DNA of 64,000 nt from the human T2T-CHM13v2.0 reference genome, Homo sapiens, in NCBI RefSeq assembly GCF_009914755.1, contig NC_060938.1; one strand, written 5' to 3'. The stretch's first letter is position 1. Each line of letters starts with the position of its first letter. Of this stretch, positions 23,509-38,351 are shown in pieces. Position numbers and translations under genes: made by a program. Below the pieces are notes generated by a model. That model ran no database searches. It saw only the letters and a program-made list of their open reading frames with translations, and had not been told where the DNA came from.

Positions 23509-23673
23509 CTTTGTGGTTTTATCTACTTTTGGTCTTTGATGATGGTGATGTACAGATGGGTTTTTGGTGTGGATGTCCTTTCTGTTTGTTAGTTTTCTTT
23601 CTAACAGACAGGACCCTCAGCTGTAGGTCTGTTGGAATACCCTGCCGTGTGAGATGTCAGTGTGCCCCTTCTG

Positions 23674-23725
23674 GGGGGTGCCTTCCAGTTAGGCCGCTCG
23701 GGGGTGCCTCCCAGTTAGGCTGCTC
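23674..23725. repeat. 26-bp tandem duplication inside the L1 5'UTR
   Basis: gggggtgccttccagttaggccgctc / gggggtgcctcccagttaggctgctc. Confidence 0.85.
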
Positions 23726-23989
23726 GGGGGTCAGGGGTCAGGGACCCACTTGAGGAGGCAGTCTGCCCGTTCTCAGATCTCCAGCTGTGTGCTGGGAGAA
23801 CCACTGCTCTCTTCAAAGCTGTCAGACAGGGACATTTAAGTCTGCAGAGGTTACTGCTGTCTTTTTGTTTGTCTGTGCCCTGCCCCCAGAGGTGGAGCCT
23901 ACAGAGGCAGGCAGGCCTCCTTGAGCTGTGGTGGGCTCCACCCAGTTCAAGCTTCCCAGCTGCTTTGTTTACCTAAGCAAGACTGGGCA

Positions 23990-24172
23990 ATGGCGGGCGC
24001 CCCTCCCCCAGCCTCGCTGCCGCCTTGCAGTTTGATCTCAGACTGCTGTGCTAGCAATCAGCGAGACTCTGTGGGCATAGGACCCTCCGAGCCAGGTGCC
24101 GGATATAATCTCGTGGTGCGCCGTTTTTTAAGCCTGTCCGAAAAGCGCAATATTCGGGTGGGAGTGACCTGA
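23990..24172 (+). other. ORF0: L1 antisense ORF0, truncated to 60 aa
   Basis: MAGAPPPASLPPCSLISDCCASNQRDSVG...IRVGVT*; stop from CGA->TGA. Confidence 0.85.
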
Positions 24173-24419
24173 TTTTCCAGGTGAGTCCGTCACCCCTTTC
24201 TTTGACTCGGAAAGGGAACTCCCTGATCCCTTGCGCTTCCCAAGTGAGGCAATGCCTCGCCCTGCTTCGGCTCGCGCACGGTGCGTGCACCCACTGACCT
24301 GCGCCCAGTGTCTGGCACTCCCTAGTGAGATGAACCCGGTACCTCAGATGGAAATGCAGAAATCACCTGTCTTCTGCGTTGCTCAGGCTGGGAGCTGTAG
24401 ACCGGAGCTGTTCCTATTC

Positions 24420-24429
24420 GGCCATCTTG
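24420..24429 (-). promoter_or_regulatory. YY1 site of the L1 sense promoter
   Basis: CAAGATGGCC intact at the L1 5' end. Confidence 0.8.
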
Positions 24430-26108
24430 GCTCCTCCCCCGTGTCTCTATTATTATATCTTTTAAGTTCCCTAATCTTTTCTTCTGAAATATCTAATCTG
24501 CCATTAATTCCATCCAATTTTTAGTCATCTCAGACACTGTAGTTTTTATGTATCCAAGTTTAACTAGGGTCATTCTTATTTCTTTCATCTGTCTACCTAA
24601 GCTTTTGAACATATATGAAATACAGTTATAATGACTATTTTTAATGGCCTTGTTGGCTAATTATAATATGAATCTTTTCTTGGTTGGTTTTGATTGATTG
24701 ATTATTCTTCTCATTATGGGGGTCATATTTTCCTTCTTTGGATGCCTGGTAATTTTTGAATGAATGCCAGACATTGTGAATTTTACATTGTTTATTAGGT
24801 ATAGTACATTTGTGTCTTCCTAACAATATTATTGAGCTTAGTTTTGGGATACAACTAGGTAATTTGAAGCAGTTTGATCCATTCAAACTCTTTTGAGATT
24901 CTTTAGGTAGGACCTGGTCCCAAGACCCTTCTGAGTCGTCTATTCAGTGCCCTGTCAATTCTGAGGTTTCCACTTTTCCAAGAATTCTTTCATTTGGTTC
25001 TTTCCCTGGCCTTGGGTAGTTTCCTTACATAAATGTGACTGATGATCAGTACATTCCTGAATTCTCAAGGCAGATCCTCTGCTGACCTCCACATTCTCTT
25101 GTGCAGCTTTTAACTTTCTGGTCCTGTGTCCTAACAGTTCTAACTGCCTTGGTCTCCCTCAGACTCTCAGGTCAGTCTCTTTAAATCAGGAGTCCACTGA
25201 CCTCTGCTTAGGTCCCCGCTTCCTGCATCACGCCTTGGAAGCTCTTTCAGAACCATAAGCTGAGGGCAGCTGTGGGCTCACAGTCTCACTGGGATTGCTG
25301 TGCTTCATTTTCTGATGTACAGTGACTTGAATATGATTATTTCATATATTGTCTACTTTTTTGATTGATTTAGGCTGGAGAGTTAAGCCAGTCCCTGTTA
25401 CTTTATCTTGTATGAAAGCAGAGTCTAAGGAATTCTTTTTTAAACTGTAAAGTTAGGTAATCATGCTTACATTCTCTCTGAATTCCTAGAGAACAGACTG
25501 GTTGCAGTCAAATTTGATCAAAAGGAGGCTCCTCAAGACTTCAACTCCTTCATTATCAAACCTTGAATTTCTGAATGAGAGGAACATTTAGAGCCACAAA
25601 CAGAATTCTCCACAAGGGCAGGAAAATGGTCTGTTCAAAGGGCAGTTTTGAGACTAGATGTCAGTGTTATTCTCCAGATTAAGAAGAGGGGTGACTCTTT
25701 TTTCCCCATGGAATCCCTTCAATGATAATAATCATTATGAGAGTTTTTGAAATGTATATCCCAGTTTCTTTTTTCCATACGATCCCAAAGCTCTTAACAA
25801 ATATAGTAATCAATATGCAAACTAGGATCATAATCAAAGAGTCTTGTGTTCCAGACTAATTTCTCACCATGGCTTCTGGGCTTGCTCAGTTGCTCTGGCA
25901 GGCTAGTATCTGCCTTGTATGTGTTTTTCTCTTTTTCACCATTCCCTGTGTTTCTCTTTCTCTTTCATTATTTCTAGCTGTCTTTGAACTTCTCTTTCTC
26001 ACTATATTGGAACATAAGACACGTGCATTTCACTCCTAGAATTATTACTATTCCACGAAACACTGGCTGAGTCACTTTAGCCTTTGGCTTTTAATAAAAT
26101 AATAATAA

Positions 26109-26383
26109 GGCTGGGCACAGTGGCTCATACCTATAATCTCAGCACTTTGGGAGACTGAGGCAGGAGGATTGCTTAAGCCCAGGAACTCAAAACCAGCCCG
26201 GGTAACATGGCTAAACCCCATCTCTATAAAAAATAAAAAAAAAAATTAGCTGGGTGTGGTGGTGCACACCTGTAGTCCCAGCTACTTGGGAGCCTGATGC
26301 TAGAGGATTGATTGAGCCCAGGAGGTTGAGGCTGCTGTGAGTTGAGATCACACCACTGCTCAACAGAATGAGATCTATCTCAA

Positions 26384-26427
<44 letters not shown>
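26109..26427 (+). mobile_element. AluJ with (AAT)~15 tail microsatellite
   Basis: Dimer; the tail has become (AAT)n. Confidence 0.92.
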
Positions 26428-26428
<1 letters not shown>

Positions 26429-26959
26429 GAGTTAAACAAGTTGCCACCCTTCTCCCTATCTTCTGGGAATTATGGTACTAGAAAATGAAGTAGCATGTAC
26501 GAGAAGCTTTCTCAAGTTTAATAGATTTCACCTGCTTCATTCTTCCATGTAGGCTCTCTCTTATCAAGTGCCTACAGTGGCTCAAGACTGAGCAAGGTGC
26601 TGTACTGGAGACAGTTTTTGGGGTGTGCAGGGTGAAGAAAGAGCTTCCAAGGGAAAGAAGTCCCTAGGTAGTTTATAATCTTATAATTCTCTTAAGTACA
26701 GGTCACTCTTTGGACTCTTCGAAGAATGGCTGGGTCCACTGTAATTGGATAGTATTTACTACAAAGAAGGTGTTTTATGTGTGTGTATGTTCAATTAACC
26801 TGGCGTCTTTTGATTTAAACTGTAAGAATGTTTTAATATTTTTTGCCCAGTCCCGTTGGTAGTCATTTTCACAGAGACAGTGACTCAGTCTGCCTCAAAT
26901 GGGCCCAGGATAAACAGGTTTTGCTTAACCTTTCCATGAGCAACTTTTCAATTGTTAAA

Positions 26960-27165
26960 GTGTGCTAGAGTCAGATTACATGGGCTTGTGAGTCCTTTCA
27001 ACATGGATAGGAAAGGAACCTCTAAGCCTCTGTTTCTTTACCTGAAACATGAGAATAGTCTTCCCCCTGCATAGAGTTAGCATGGAATTAAATGAGATGC
27101 TGCATATAAAACATTTAGTATAATTCCTGGCATGTAGTAAGCGCTCACTTATTGTCGGTTACTCT
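26960..27165 (+). mobile_element. MIR
   Basis: 'aacctctaagcctctgtttc...attaaatgagatgc...cctggcatgtagtaagcgctca'. Confidence 0.8.
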
Positions 27166-27197
27166 CATTATTCATCGTTCAGTAACTTACTTACTCA

Positions 27198-27589
<392 letters not shown>

Positions 27590-27615
27590 CTATCTCCCTG
27601 CACTACAGTCTAAAG

Positions 27616-27787
27616 GAAGGGTTGGCAAACTTTTTCCATTAAGAGCCAGATGGTAAATATTTCAGACTTTGTGGGCCATATGGTCTCTCTTGCAACTGCT
27701 CAACTCTGATGTTATAGCTCAAAAGCAGTCACATACAAGACATTAACAAATGGGTATGGCTTTGTTCCAATAGTTTACAAACCCCTG
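27616..27787 (+). mobile_element. MER58A (hAT-Charlie MITE), internally deleted
   Basis: 'gggttggcaaactttttc...agccagatggtaaatatt'; 8-bp TSD gtctaaag / ttctagag. Confidence 0.85.
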
Positions 27788-27879
27788 TTCTAGAGGGAAG
27801 ACAGATATTCAAAGAAACCATTGCAATACAGTGTGGTAAGTGTTAACACACTTAGATAGAGGAAGTGGGGAATGATCTA

Positions 27880-28001
27880 GCCTGTCACCACTCATTGTGC
27901 AGTCTTTAGACAAGCTGCATTGACATCACCAGGGAGCCTGTGAGGAATGCAGATCCTCACACCTCATCCCAGAACTGTGGAATCAGAGTCTGCATTTAAC
28001 A
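27880..28001 (+). mobile_element. MER5A-type fragment
   Basis: 'catcaccagggagcctgtgaggaatgcagatcctc...gaatcagagtctgcatttaaca'. Confidence 0.65.
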
Positions 28002-28007
28002 GACTGA

Positions 28008-28106
28008 ATTTTTTGCCCAGTCCCATTGGTAGCCATTTTCCATATGATGCAAAAACTCTTGATAAATATAGTAATCAATACGCACACTAGGATCACAATC
28101 AAAGGG
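28008..28106 (+). repeat. Composite local duplication of 26838-26870 and 25771-25841
   Basis: 31/33 and about 60/70 identities by manual alignment; joined at a shared ttttc. Confidence 0.85.
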
Positions 28107-28329
28107 CTTAACAAAAGAAGCTCTGACAGAGGGCTACGTTATACCAGCAAGAATATCTCATTTAAAGCTGAAGGACAAGCTGAAGATTTTGGGGCAATGT
28201 ATGGGCCAGGGGACATCTTTTAGGCAGAAAGTACAGCAAGTACAGAGATGTGGAGGTGAGGAAGAACACAGTTGAAGAACTCAAGAAATTAGAGAACCTT
28301 GCTGGCAGTAAGTTGGTAACACTACTCTA

Positions 28330-29045
<716 letters not shown>

Positions 29046-29168
29046 AAGGAAGAATGTTGGACTGCATCAAGTCTCTTGTCTCTGCTTTTATGTGAAATTC
29101 AGCTCATGATTAATCCATCCCAAGAGCTGTGTACAAAGCAATATTTTCCATCTTTGAAGACAATTTAG

Positions 29169-29570
<402 letters not shown>

Positions 29571-29859
29571 TTTCTTAAAGCAGATGTGTCTGAGCTGGGG
29601 GATGAGTGTCTCTCATCCCAGCCCAGACCCTCATCCAGGATCCCCGCTTCCCCCGTAGTAAAGGCGCAGCTAGGACTGCAGCTTGCTGAACAGTGTACTG
29701 CAATGGACCCGAGAAGAATGCGCACCTTTGTGCTCCTGGTTTGGAATCAAGTATATGCAGTAGTGGCCTTCGATGGTGAGGATTACAGATTTTTTTCGTG
29801 AGGAACACATATTATATCTCTGAAAGAATCAGTAATAAGGAAATTAGGACAATGAGGAG

Positions 29860-30050
29860 CAGATCATTTTGGACCCACTATTTATCAGCTCTGTAGCCTT
29901 GAGAAAGTTACGAGGTCTCTTGAGGTCTCATTTCATCATCTGTAAAATTATTTAACCTACTCGATTGGGTTGCTGTGACAAATTTAATGAGATAACATGT
30001 ATAGTCTTGATCTCATCGCAAGCTATAAGAAGTGATACACAAATGTCAGT
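29860..30050 (+). mobile_element. MIR
   Basis: 'ccttgagaaagttac...tcatctgtaaaat...atttaatgagataacatgt'. Confidence 0.7.
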
Positions 30051-30281
30051 TGCATTTTTCCTGAGCTGGACTTCCTAGTATTCTCTCCTATTTCATAGGT
30101 GGCTTTTTAAGCTTATCTTACCTCTGAGCTTCACATTTGTTTGGTGCTGAATTAGAATTTCCATGTGGTGGTCCGTGAATTTTACTGCTCCCCCAGCACC
30201 CTGTCTTTTTCTCTCATGCTGAAAGTAGCCTTTTAACATTTGCCTTTTAACCTGGGTCTTCCTTCTTTTTGCCTGGAATGG

Positions 30282-30544
30282 TTGTTTTTTTGTTTGTTTG
30301 TTTTTGAGATGGAGTCCCACTGCAAACTCTGCCTCCCGAGTTCAAGTGATTTTCCCTCCTCAGACTCCCGAGTAGTTGGGATTACAGACGCCCACCACCA
30401 GGCCCAGCTAATTTTTGAATTTTTAGTAGAGATAGGATTTCACCATGTTGACCAGGCTGATCTTGAACTCCTGATCTCAAATGATCTGCCCGCCTTGGTC
30501 TCCCAAAGTGCTGAGACTACAGGCGTGAGCCACTACACCCAGCC
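30282..30544 (-). mobile_element. AluS with internal deletion, inserted in an LTR16/33-like remnant (~30250-30690)
   Basis: 'gagatggagtc|ccactgcaa' lacks ~45 nt; TSD-like tgcctggaatg / tgcctgggatg. Confidence 0.85.
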
Positions 30545-31699
30545 TTCTGCCTGGGATGTGGATGTGATTCCCAGAAGTGCAGCTGCCATCTTGCCACCAT
30601 GAGGTAACCTAAGGGTGTCAGAGCAGAAGGATAAAAGGAGCCTACGTCCTTCATGGCAGTGTGGGACTATACTAGAGCTTGACTACTCACCAAATCTCAC
30701 CTTGAAAGAACACATACTTTAAAATTTAAAACTCCAATTGTCTCTAAAATAAGAAAGAAAGAAAGAAAATAGGTTCAGGTGAGGAAGTATGGCAGAATGT
30801 TGATAATGATGAATCTGGGGAATGGACATATTGGTTCACTATACTTTTCTCTTTAATTCTGTGTGTGTGTGTTTGAAATTTTTCATGACAAAAATTTAAA
30901 AGAAAATTGAACTTCACCAAATTTCTTATCTTGATTATTATGTGAAGCTCCAGGTTCTAATCAAGCTCTTCCAAGGGCAGAGGACAATGATTTTCCTGTT
31001 GGCCAACTTTTCACTGGCTGCATCCCAATACCCCAGGCTTGCCTCAATATTCCTGCTGTGCTGCTGCCCCCTGCTGGCCTCTGCCATTTTGTGTGCCTGA
31101 AGATAAGCTTCCCCCCATGTCAGAGGGCTGTGAGCTCCCTCCACTGAAGAAGGTTTTTAAAGATTAGACTCTTGATTTTAGATGATGTTTAATAAATGAA
31201 TGTCCCTTCTATTCCCAAATTCTTAATGCCTGATTTTTAAAAAGCATGATGGGCATGTGGGGAGATACAAGAGACACAGAAGCCTCTGCCTTTGCGGTTC
31301 ATTTTGTAGGAATGAGGATTCATAACATGTACCACCCCCCATTCTGTCTCAACTGATGCCCCATCCCTCCTTCCATTTTCATCCTTCCAATTTCTTCATT
31401 CTCTGTTTGATGGACATGTTATAGGAAATATGTTTCAGAAATACCATCTTTTTAGTTTTTATTTAATCTTAGATTTCCTGAGTGTGATGCTGGGGAAATA
31501 TTTGTAAACAAAATACCTACTTCAGATGGACCAGAAGAGAGAAAGGACTGGTACAGGTTGCTGAAGACAACCTTGACTGTGTTTTTAAGGTGTGCCCACG
31601 TCTGCTAACCCCAGGGAACTATTGAACACAACATATTTGACTGGTTTGCTGATTTCCAGAACAGCCAATAGTAGTGTAACTGAGCAGAGAAACAATGCT

Positions 31700-34600
31700 G
31701 TTAGAAGGGGCACGGTGAGAGTGAGATCGGCCCTTCGGTTTGCGTGGGAGCTGGGTGAAGCTGGTGACTGCTGGCTTTCCCCCGCTTCCCTGACAACCTG
31801 CATGACTCAGCAGAGGCAGCCATAATCCTGCTAGGTACACTACTCTATTGACCTTGCAACATCACCCCCATACCCCACAGCAGCCACAGCAAGACCTGCC
31901 CAAGGAGAGTCTGATCTCAGACATGCTTAGCCCTGCCCCGACCTGATGGGCCTTTCCTATGCACCCTGGTAGCTGAAGACAAAGGGCATATACTCTTGGG
32001 AGTTTTAAGGCCCCGCCCACTGCCATTTTCTCTCAATACTACCACAGCTGATGCTTTCTGGAAAGCACCACCTCCTGGCAGTAGGCCAACCAGCACAAAA
32101 ATAGAACATTAAACCACCAAAGCTGACAACCTCGTAGAGTCCATTTCACCCCCTGCCACCTCCATGGGAACAGGTACCGGTATCCACACTGAGAGACCCA
32201 TAGATGATTCACATCACAGGACTATGTGCAGACAATCCCCAGTACCAGCCCAGAGCCGGGTAGACTTGCTAAGTGGCTAGACCCAGAAGAGAGATAACAA
32301 TCACTGCAGCTTGGCTCACAGGAAGCCACATGCATAGGAAAAGAGGAAGAGTACTACATCAAGGCAACACCCCATGGGACAAAAGAATCTGAACAACAGC
32401 CCTCAGCCCTAAACCTTCTCTCTGACAGAGCCTACCCAAATGAGAAGGAACCAGAAAACCAACTCTGGTAATATGACAAAACAAGGCTCTTTAACACCCC
32501 CCAAAAATCACTCTTGCTCACCAGCAGTGGATCCAAACCAAGAAGAAGAAATCCCTGATTTACCTGAAAAACAATTCAGGAGGTTACTTATCAAGCTAAT
32601 CAGGGACGCACCAGAGAAAGGCAAAGCCCAATGCAAGGAAATACAAAAAACGATGCAAGAAGTGAAGGGAGAAATATTCAAGGAAATAGATAGCATAAAG
32701 AAAAACAACCAAAACTTCAGGAAATATTGGACACACCTATAGAAATCCAAAATGCTCTGGAAAGTCTCAGCAATGGAATTGAATAAGTAGAAAAAGAAGT
32801 TCAGAGCTCAAAGACAAGGTCTTGGAATTAACCCAATCCAACAAAGACAAAGAAAAACAATAAGAAAATATGAACAAAGCCTCCAAGAAGTCTGGGATTA
32901 TGTTAAGGGAACAAACCTAAGAATAATCAGTGTTCCAGAGGAAGAAGAGAAATCTAAAAGTTTTGAAAACATATTTGGGGGAGTAATCGAGGAAAACTTC
33001 CCTGGCCTTGCTAGAGACCTAGACATGCAAATAAAAGAAGCACAAAGAACAGCTGGGAAATTCATCGCAAAACGATCATCATCTAGGCATATTGTCATCA
33101 GGTTATCTAAAGTTAAGACAAAGAAAATAATTTTAAGAGCTGTGAGACAAAAACACTCAGGTAACCTATAAAGGAAACCTATCAGATTAACAGCAGATTT
33201 CCCAGCAGAAACCCTGCAAAGCTAGAAGGGATTGGGGCCCTATCTTCAGCCTCCTCAAACAAAACAATTATCAGCCAAGAATTTTGTATCCAGCAAAACT
33301 AAGCAACATATATGAAGGAAAGATACAGTCTTTTTCAGACAAACAAATGCTGAGAGAATTCGCCACTACCAAGCCACCACTATAAGAACTGCTAAAAGGA
33401 GCTCTAAATCTTCAAACAAATCCTGGAAACACATACAAACAGAAACTCTTTAAAGCGTAAATCACACAGAACCTATAAAACAAAAATGCAAGTTAAAAAG
33501 CAAAAACAAAAAAAAAACCGAGTTATGCAAGCAACAAATAGCACAATGAATGCAATGGTACCTCACATCTCAATACTAACATTGACTGTAAATGGCCTAA
33601 ATGTTCCACTTGAAAGATACAGAACTGCAGAATGGATAAGAACTCACCAACTAACTCTCTGCTGCCTGCGGGAGACTCACCTAACACATACGGACTCACA
33701 TAAACTTCAAGTAAAGGGGTGGAAAAAGGTATTTCACTCAAATGGACACCAAAAGCGAGCAGGGGTAGCCATTCTTGTATCAGACAAAACAAACTCTAAA
33801 GCAACAGCAGTTAAAAGAGACAAAGAGGGACATTATATAATGGTAAATGGCCTTGTCCAACAGGAAAATATCACAATCCTAAACATATGTACACCTAACA
33901 CTGGAGCTCCCAAATTTATAAAACGATTACTAATAGACCTAAGAAATGAGATAGACAGCAACACAATAATAGTGGGGGACTTCAATACTCCATTGACAGC
34001 AGTAGACAGGTTATTGAAACAGAAAGTCAACAAAGAAACAATGGTTTTAAACTATACCTTGGAACAAATAGACTTAACAGATATAAACAGAACATTTCAT
34101 CCAACAACCACAGAATACACATTCTATTCAACAGTGCATGGAACTTTTTCCAAGATAGACCATATGATAGGCCATAAAATGAGTCTCAATAGATTTAAGA
34201 AAATTGAAATTATATCAAGTACTCTCTCAGACCACAGTGGAATAAAACTGGAAACCAACTCCAAAAGGAGCCTTCAAAGTCATGCAAATACATGGAAGTT
34301 AAATAACCTGTTCCTGAATGAGCATTAGGTCAAAACCAAAATCCAGATGGAAATTAAAAAATTATTCAAACTGAATGACAATAACGATACAACCTATCAA
34401 AACCTCCAGGGTATAGCAAAGGTGGTGCTAAGAGGAAAAGTTCGTAGCCCTAAATGCCTACATCAAAAAGATTGAAAGAGCACAAACTCATATTCTAAGC
34501 TCACACCTCAAGGAACTAGAGAAACAAGAGCAAACCAAACCCAAACCCAGCAGACGAAAGGAAATAACCAAGAGCAGAGCAGAACTAAATGAAATTGAAA

Positions 34601-37580
34601 CAAAAAAAATACAAAACATAAAACAAACATGAGGTTCTTTGAAAAGTTTAATAAAATTGATAGACTGTTGCAAGATTAACCAAGAAAAGAAGAGAGAAAA
34701 TCCAAATAACTTCATTAAGAAATGAAACAGGAGATATTACAACTGACACCACTGAAATACAAAAGATAATTCAAGGCTACTGTGAACACCTTTATGCAGA
34801 TAAACTAGAAAACCTTGAAGAGATAGATAAATTCCTGGAAAAATACAACCCTCCTAGCTTAAATCAGGAAGAATTAGATACCCTGAGCAGACTGATAACA
34901 AGCAGCAAGATTGAAGTGGTAATTAAAAAATTACCAACAACAAAAGAAGTCCAGGACCAAATGGATTCAGAGCAGAGTTCTTCTACCAGACATTCAAAGA
35001 AGAATTGATACCAATTCTTTAGACACTATTCTACAAGATCAAGAAAGAGGGAACTCTTTCTAATTCATTCTATGAAACCAGCATCACCCTATACCAAAAC
35101 CAGGAAAAGATATAATCAAAAAAGAAAACTATGGACCGATATCCTTGATGGACAGAGACGCTAAAATTCTTAACAAAATACTAGCTAACCAAATCCAACA
35201 GCATATCAAAAAGATAATCCACCATGATCAAGTGGTTTTAATACCAGGGATGCAGGGATGGTTTAACATACACAAGTCAATAAATGTGATAGACCACATA
35301 AACAGAATTAAAAACCAGAATCACATGATCATCTCAGTAGATGCAGAAAAAGCATTTGACAAAATCCAGCATCCCTTTATGATTAAAACTTTCAGCAAAA
35401 TCAGCATACAAGGGACATACCTAAATGTAATAAAAGCCATCTATGACAAACCCACAGCCAACATCATATTGAATGGGAAAAAGTTGAAAGCATTCCCTCT
35501 GAGAACTGGAACAAGACAAGGATACCCACTCTCACTACTCCTTTTCAACATAGTACTGGAGGTCCTAGCCAGAGCAATCAGGCAAGAGAAAGAAATAAAG
35601 GGCATCAAAATCGACAAAGAGGAAGTCAAACTGTCACTGTTTGCTGACAATATGATCCTTTACCTTGAAAATCCTAAAGACTCCTCCAGAAAGCTCCTAG
35701 AACTGATAAAAGAATTCAGCAAAGTTTTGGGATATAAGATTAATGTACACAAATCAGTAGCTCTTCTATACACCTACAGCGACCAAGCAGTGAATCAAAT
35801 CAAGAACCCAACCCCTTTTACAATAGCTGCAAAAAAAAAAGAATAAATAAATAAAATACTTAAGAATATACCCAACAAAGGAAGCGAAAGACCTCTACAA
35901 GGAAAACTACAAAACACTGCTGAATGAAATCATAGATGACCCATTCCATGCTCATGGATGAGTAGAATCAATATTGTGAAAATGACTATACTGACAAAAG
36001 CAATCTACATGTTCAATGAAATCCCCATCAAAATACCACCATCATTCATCACAGAAGTAGAAAAAACAATCCTAAATTTCATATGGAACAAAAAAAGAGC
36101 CCACATAGGCAAAGCAAGACTAAGCAAAAGGAACAGATCTGGAGGCATCACACTAACTGATTTCAAACTATACTATAAGGTCATAGTCACCAAAACAGCA
36201 TGGTACTGGTATAAAAATAGGCACATAGACCAATGGAACAGAATAGGGAACCTAGAAATAAACCCAAATACTTACAGCCAACTGACCTTCAACAAAGCAA
36301 ACAAAAACATAAAAGTGGGGAAAGGACACCCTTTTCAGCAAATGGTGCTGGGATAATTGGCTAGCCACATGTAGGAGAATGAAACTGGATCCTCATCTCT
36401 CACCTTATACAAAAATCAACTCAAGATGGACTAAGCACTTAAATATAAGACCTGAAGCTATAAAAATGCTAGAAGATAACGTTGGAAAAACCCTTCTAGA
36501 CATTGGCTTAGGCAGGGATTTTACGGTCAAGAACCCAAAAGCAAATGCAATAAAAACAAAGATAAATAGTTGGGACTTAATTAAACTAAAGAGCTTTTGC
36601 ACAGCAAAAGGAACAGTTGTCAAACAGACAACAAGCATAGTAGGAGAAAATCTTCACAATCTATACATCTGACAAATGACTAATATCCAGAATCTACAAC
36701 AAATTCAAACAAATCAGTAAGAAAAAACAATCCCATCAAAAAGTGGGCTAAGGACATGAATAGACAATTCTCAAAAGAAGATATACAAATGACCAACAAA
36801 CATGAAAAAATGCTCAACATCACTAATGATCAGGGAAATGCAAATCAAAACCACAATGTGTTACCACCTTACTTCTGCAAAATTGGCCATAATCAAAAAA
36901 TAAAAAATAGTAGATGATGGCATGGATGTGGTGATCAGGGAACACTTTTACACTGGTGGTGGGAATGTAAACTAGTACAGCCTATAGAAAACAGTGTGGA
37001 GATTCCTTAAATAACTAAAAGTAGAACTGCCATTTGATCCAGCAATCCCACTACTGGGTATCTACCCAGAGGAAAAGAAGTTATTATATGAAAAAGATAC
37101 TTGCACACACATGTTTATAGCAACACAATTCACAATTGCAAAATCGTGGGACCAACTGAAATGCCCATTACTCAATGAGTGGATAAAGAAACTGTGGTAT
37201 ATATATATATATATACGATGGAATACTACTCAGCCATAAAAAGGAATGAATTAATGGCATTTGCAGCGACCTGGATGAGATTGGAGACTATTTTTCTAAG
37301 TGAAGTAACTCAGGAATGGAAAACCAAACACCTTATGTTCTCACTGATATGTGGGAGCTAAGCTATGAGGACGCAAAGGCATAAGAATGATACGATGGAC
37401 TTTGGGGACTTGGGGGGAAGAATGGAAGCGGGGGAAGGGATAAAAGACTACAAATCGGATATACTGCTTGGGTGATGGGTGCACCAAAATATCACAAATC
37501 ACCACTAAAGAACTTACTCGTGTAACCAAATGCCATCTGTACCCCAATAACCTATGGAAAAATAAAAAACTTAAAAAAAT
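31700..37580 (+). mobile_element. Near full-length L1PB1-like LINE-1, partial 5'UTR; ORF1 (~32440-33460) and ORF2 (~33546-37361) disrupted
   Basis: MRRNQKTNSGNMTKQGSL ORF1; EN, RT (FADN) and C-terminal fragments in the ORF track; L1PB 3'UTR 'gctatgaggacgcaaaggcataagaatgatac'. Confidence 0.92.
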
Positions 37581-37659
37581 TCCTTATCAGGAAGATTGGC
37601 AGTCTGACCAGAAGACCCTCTCCAACATGCCAAGATTCCAGAAAAAAAAGTGTCTTCCG

Positions 37660-37966
37660 TGCTCAGAGAGATTTTTAGGGCAGTGGAAATACTCTGTATG
37701 ACTGTAGTGGTAGATACATCTCATACATTTGTCCAAACCCATAGAATGTATGACACCAAGAGTGAACCCTCATGTAAACACTACGGACTCTGGGTGATAA
37801 TGATATACCAGTGTAGGTTCATCAGTTGTAACAAATGTACCACTCTAGTGAAAAGCGTTGATAATGGGAGAGCCTATGCATGTGTAGGGGCAGGGGATAT
37901 ATGAAAAATCTCTGTATGTTCCTCTCAATCTTCCCATGAAACTAACTACTCTAAAAAAAAAAAAAA
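37660..37966 (+). mobile_element. L1MC-type 3'UTR with poly-A
   Basis: 'catttgtccaaacccatagaatgt...agagtgaaccctc...tgtaacaaatgtaccactct'. Confidence 0.8.
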
Positions 37967-38249
37967 GCTGTATTTTGTTTTCAAGTGTCTTCTCTTCCTG
38001 GAAGCTTTCAGGAAGAATTACAGGTCATAGCTCTGTGTTGACTAGGTCTTACCTGAGTTGAGGACAAATGTGGGAGCCTTCAGCCTAGCAGATGAGATAG
38101 GACTGTCCAATGGTTGGGGCTAAAGGCTGGGTTACTATGGGTTTGCAGACACCTGGAGTTAGTATAGGATTCCAACAGTCTTTTCCCTGACCCACTTCTG
38201 TGAGCCTGGAGCACCTCTCACATTTCCTGTCCACTGCAGCGATGGGGCT

Positions 38250-38351
38250 GGCCTTGGTCAGGTTGAGATCAAACTTCCCAGGCTCAAGCCGTCCTCCCAC
38301 CTCAGCCTCCCAAAGTGCTGGAATTAAAGGCACAAGCCACTGCGCCTGGCC
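38250..38351 (-). mobile_element. Alu left-monomer fragment (FLAM/AluJ)
   Basis: 'ggctcaagccgtcctcccacctcagcctcccaaagtgctgg...gcctggcc'. Confidence 0.85.
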
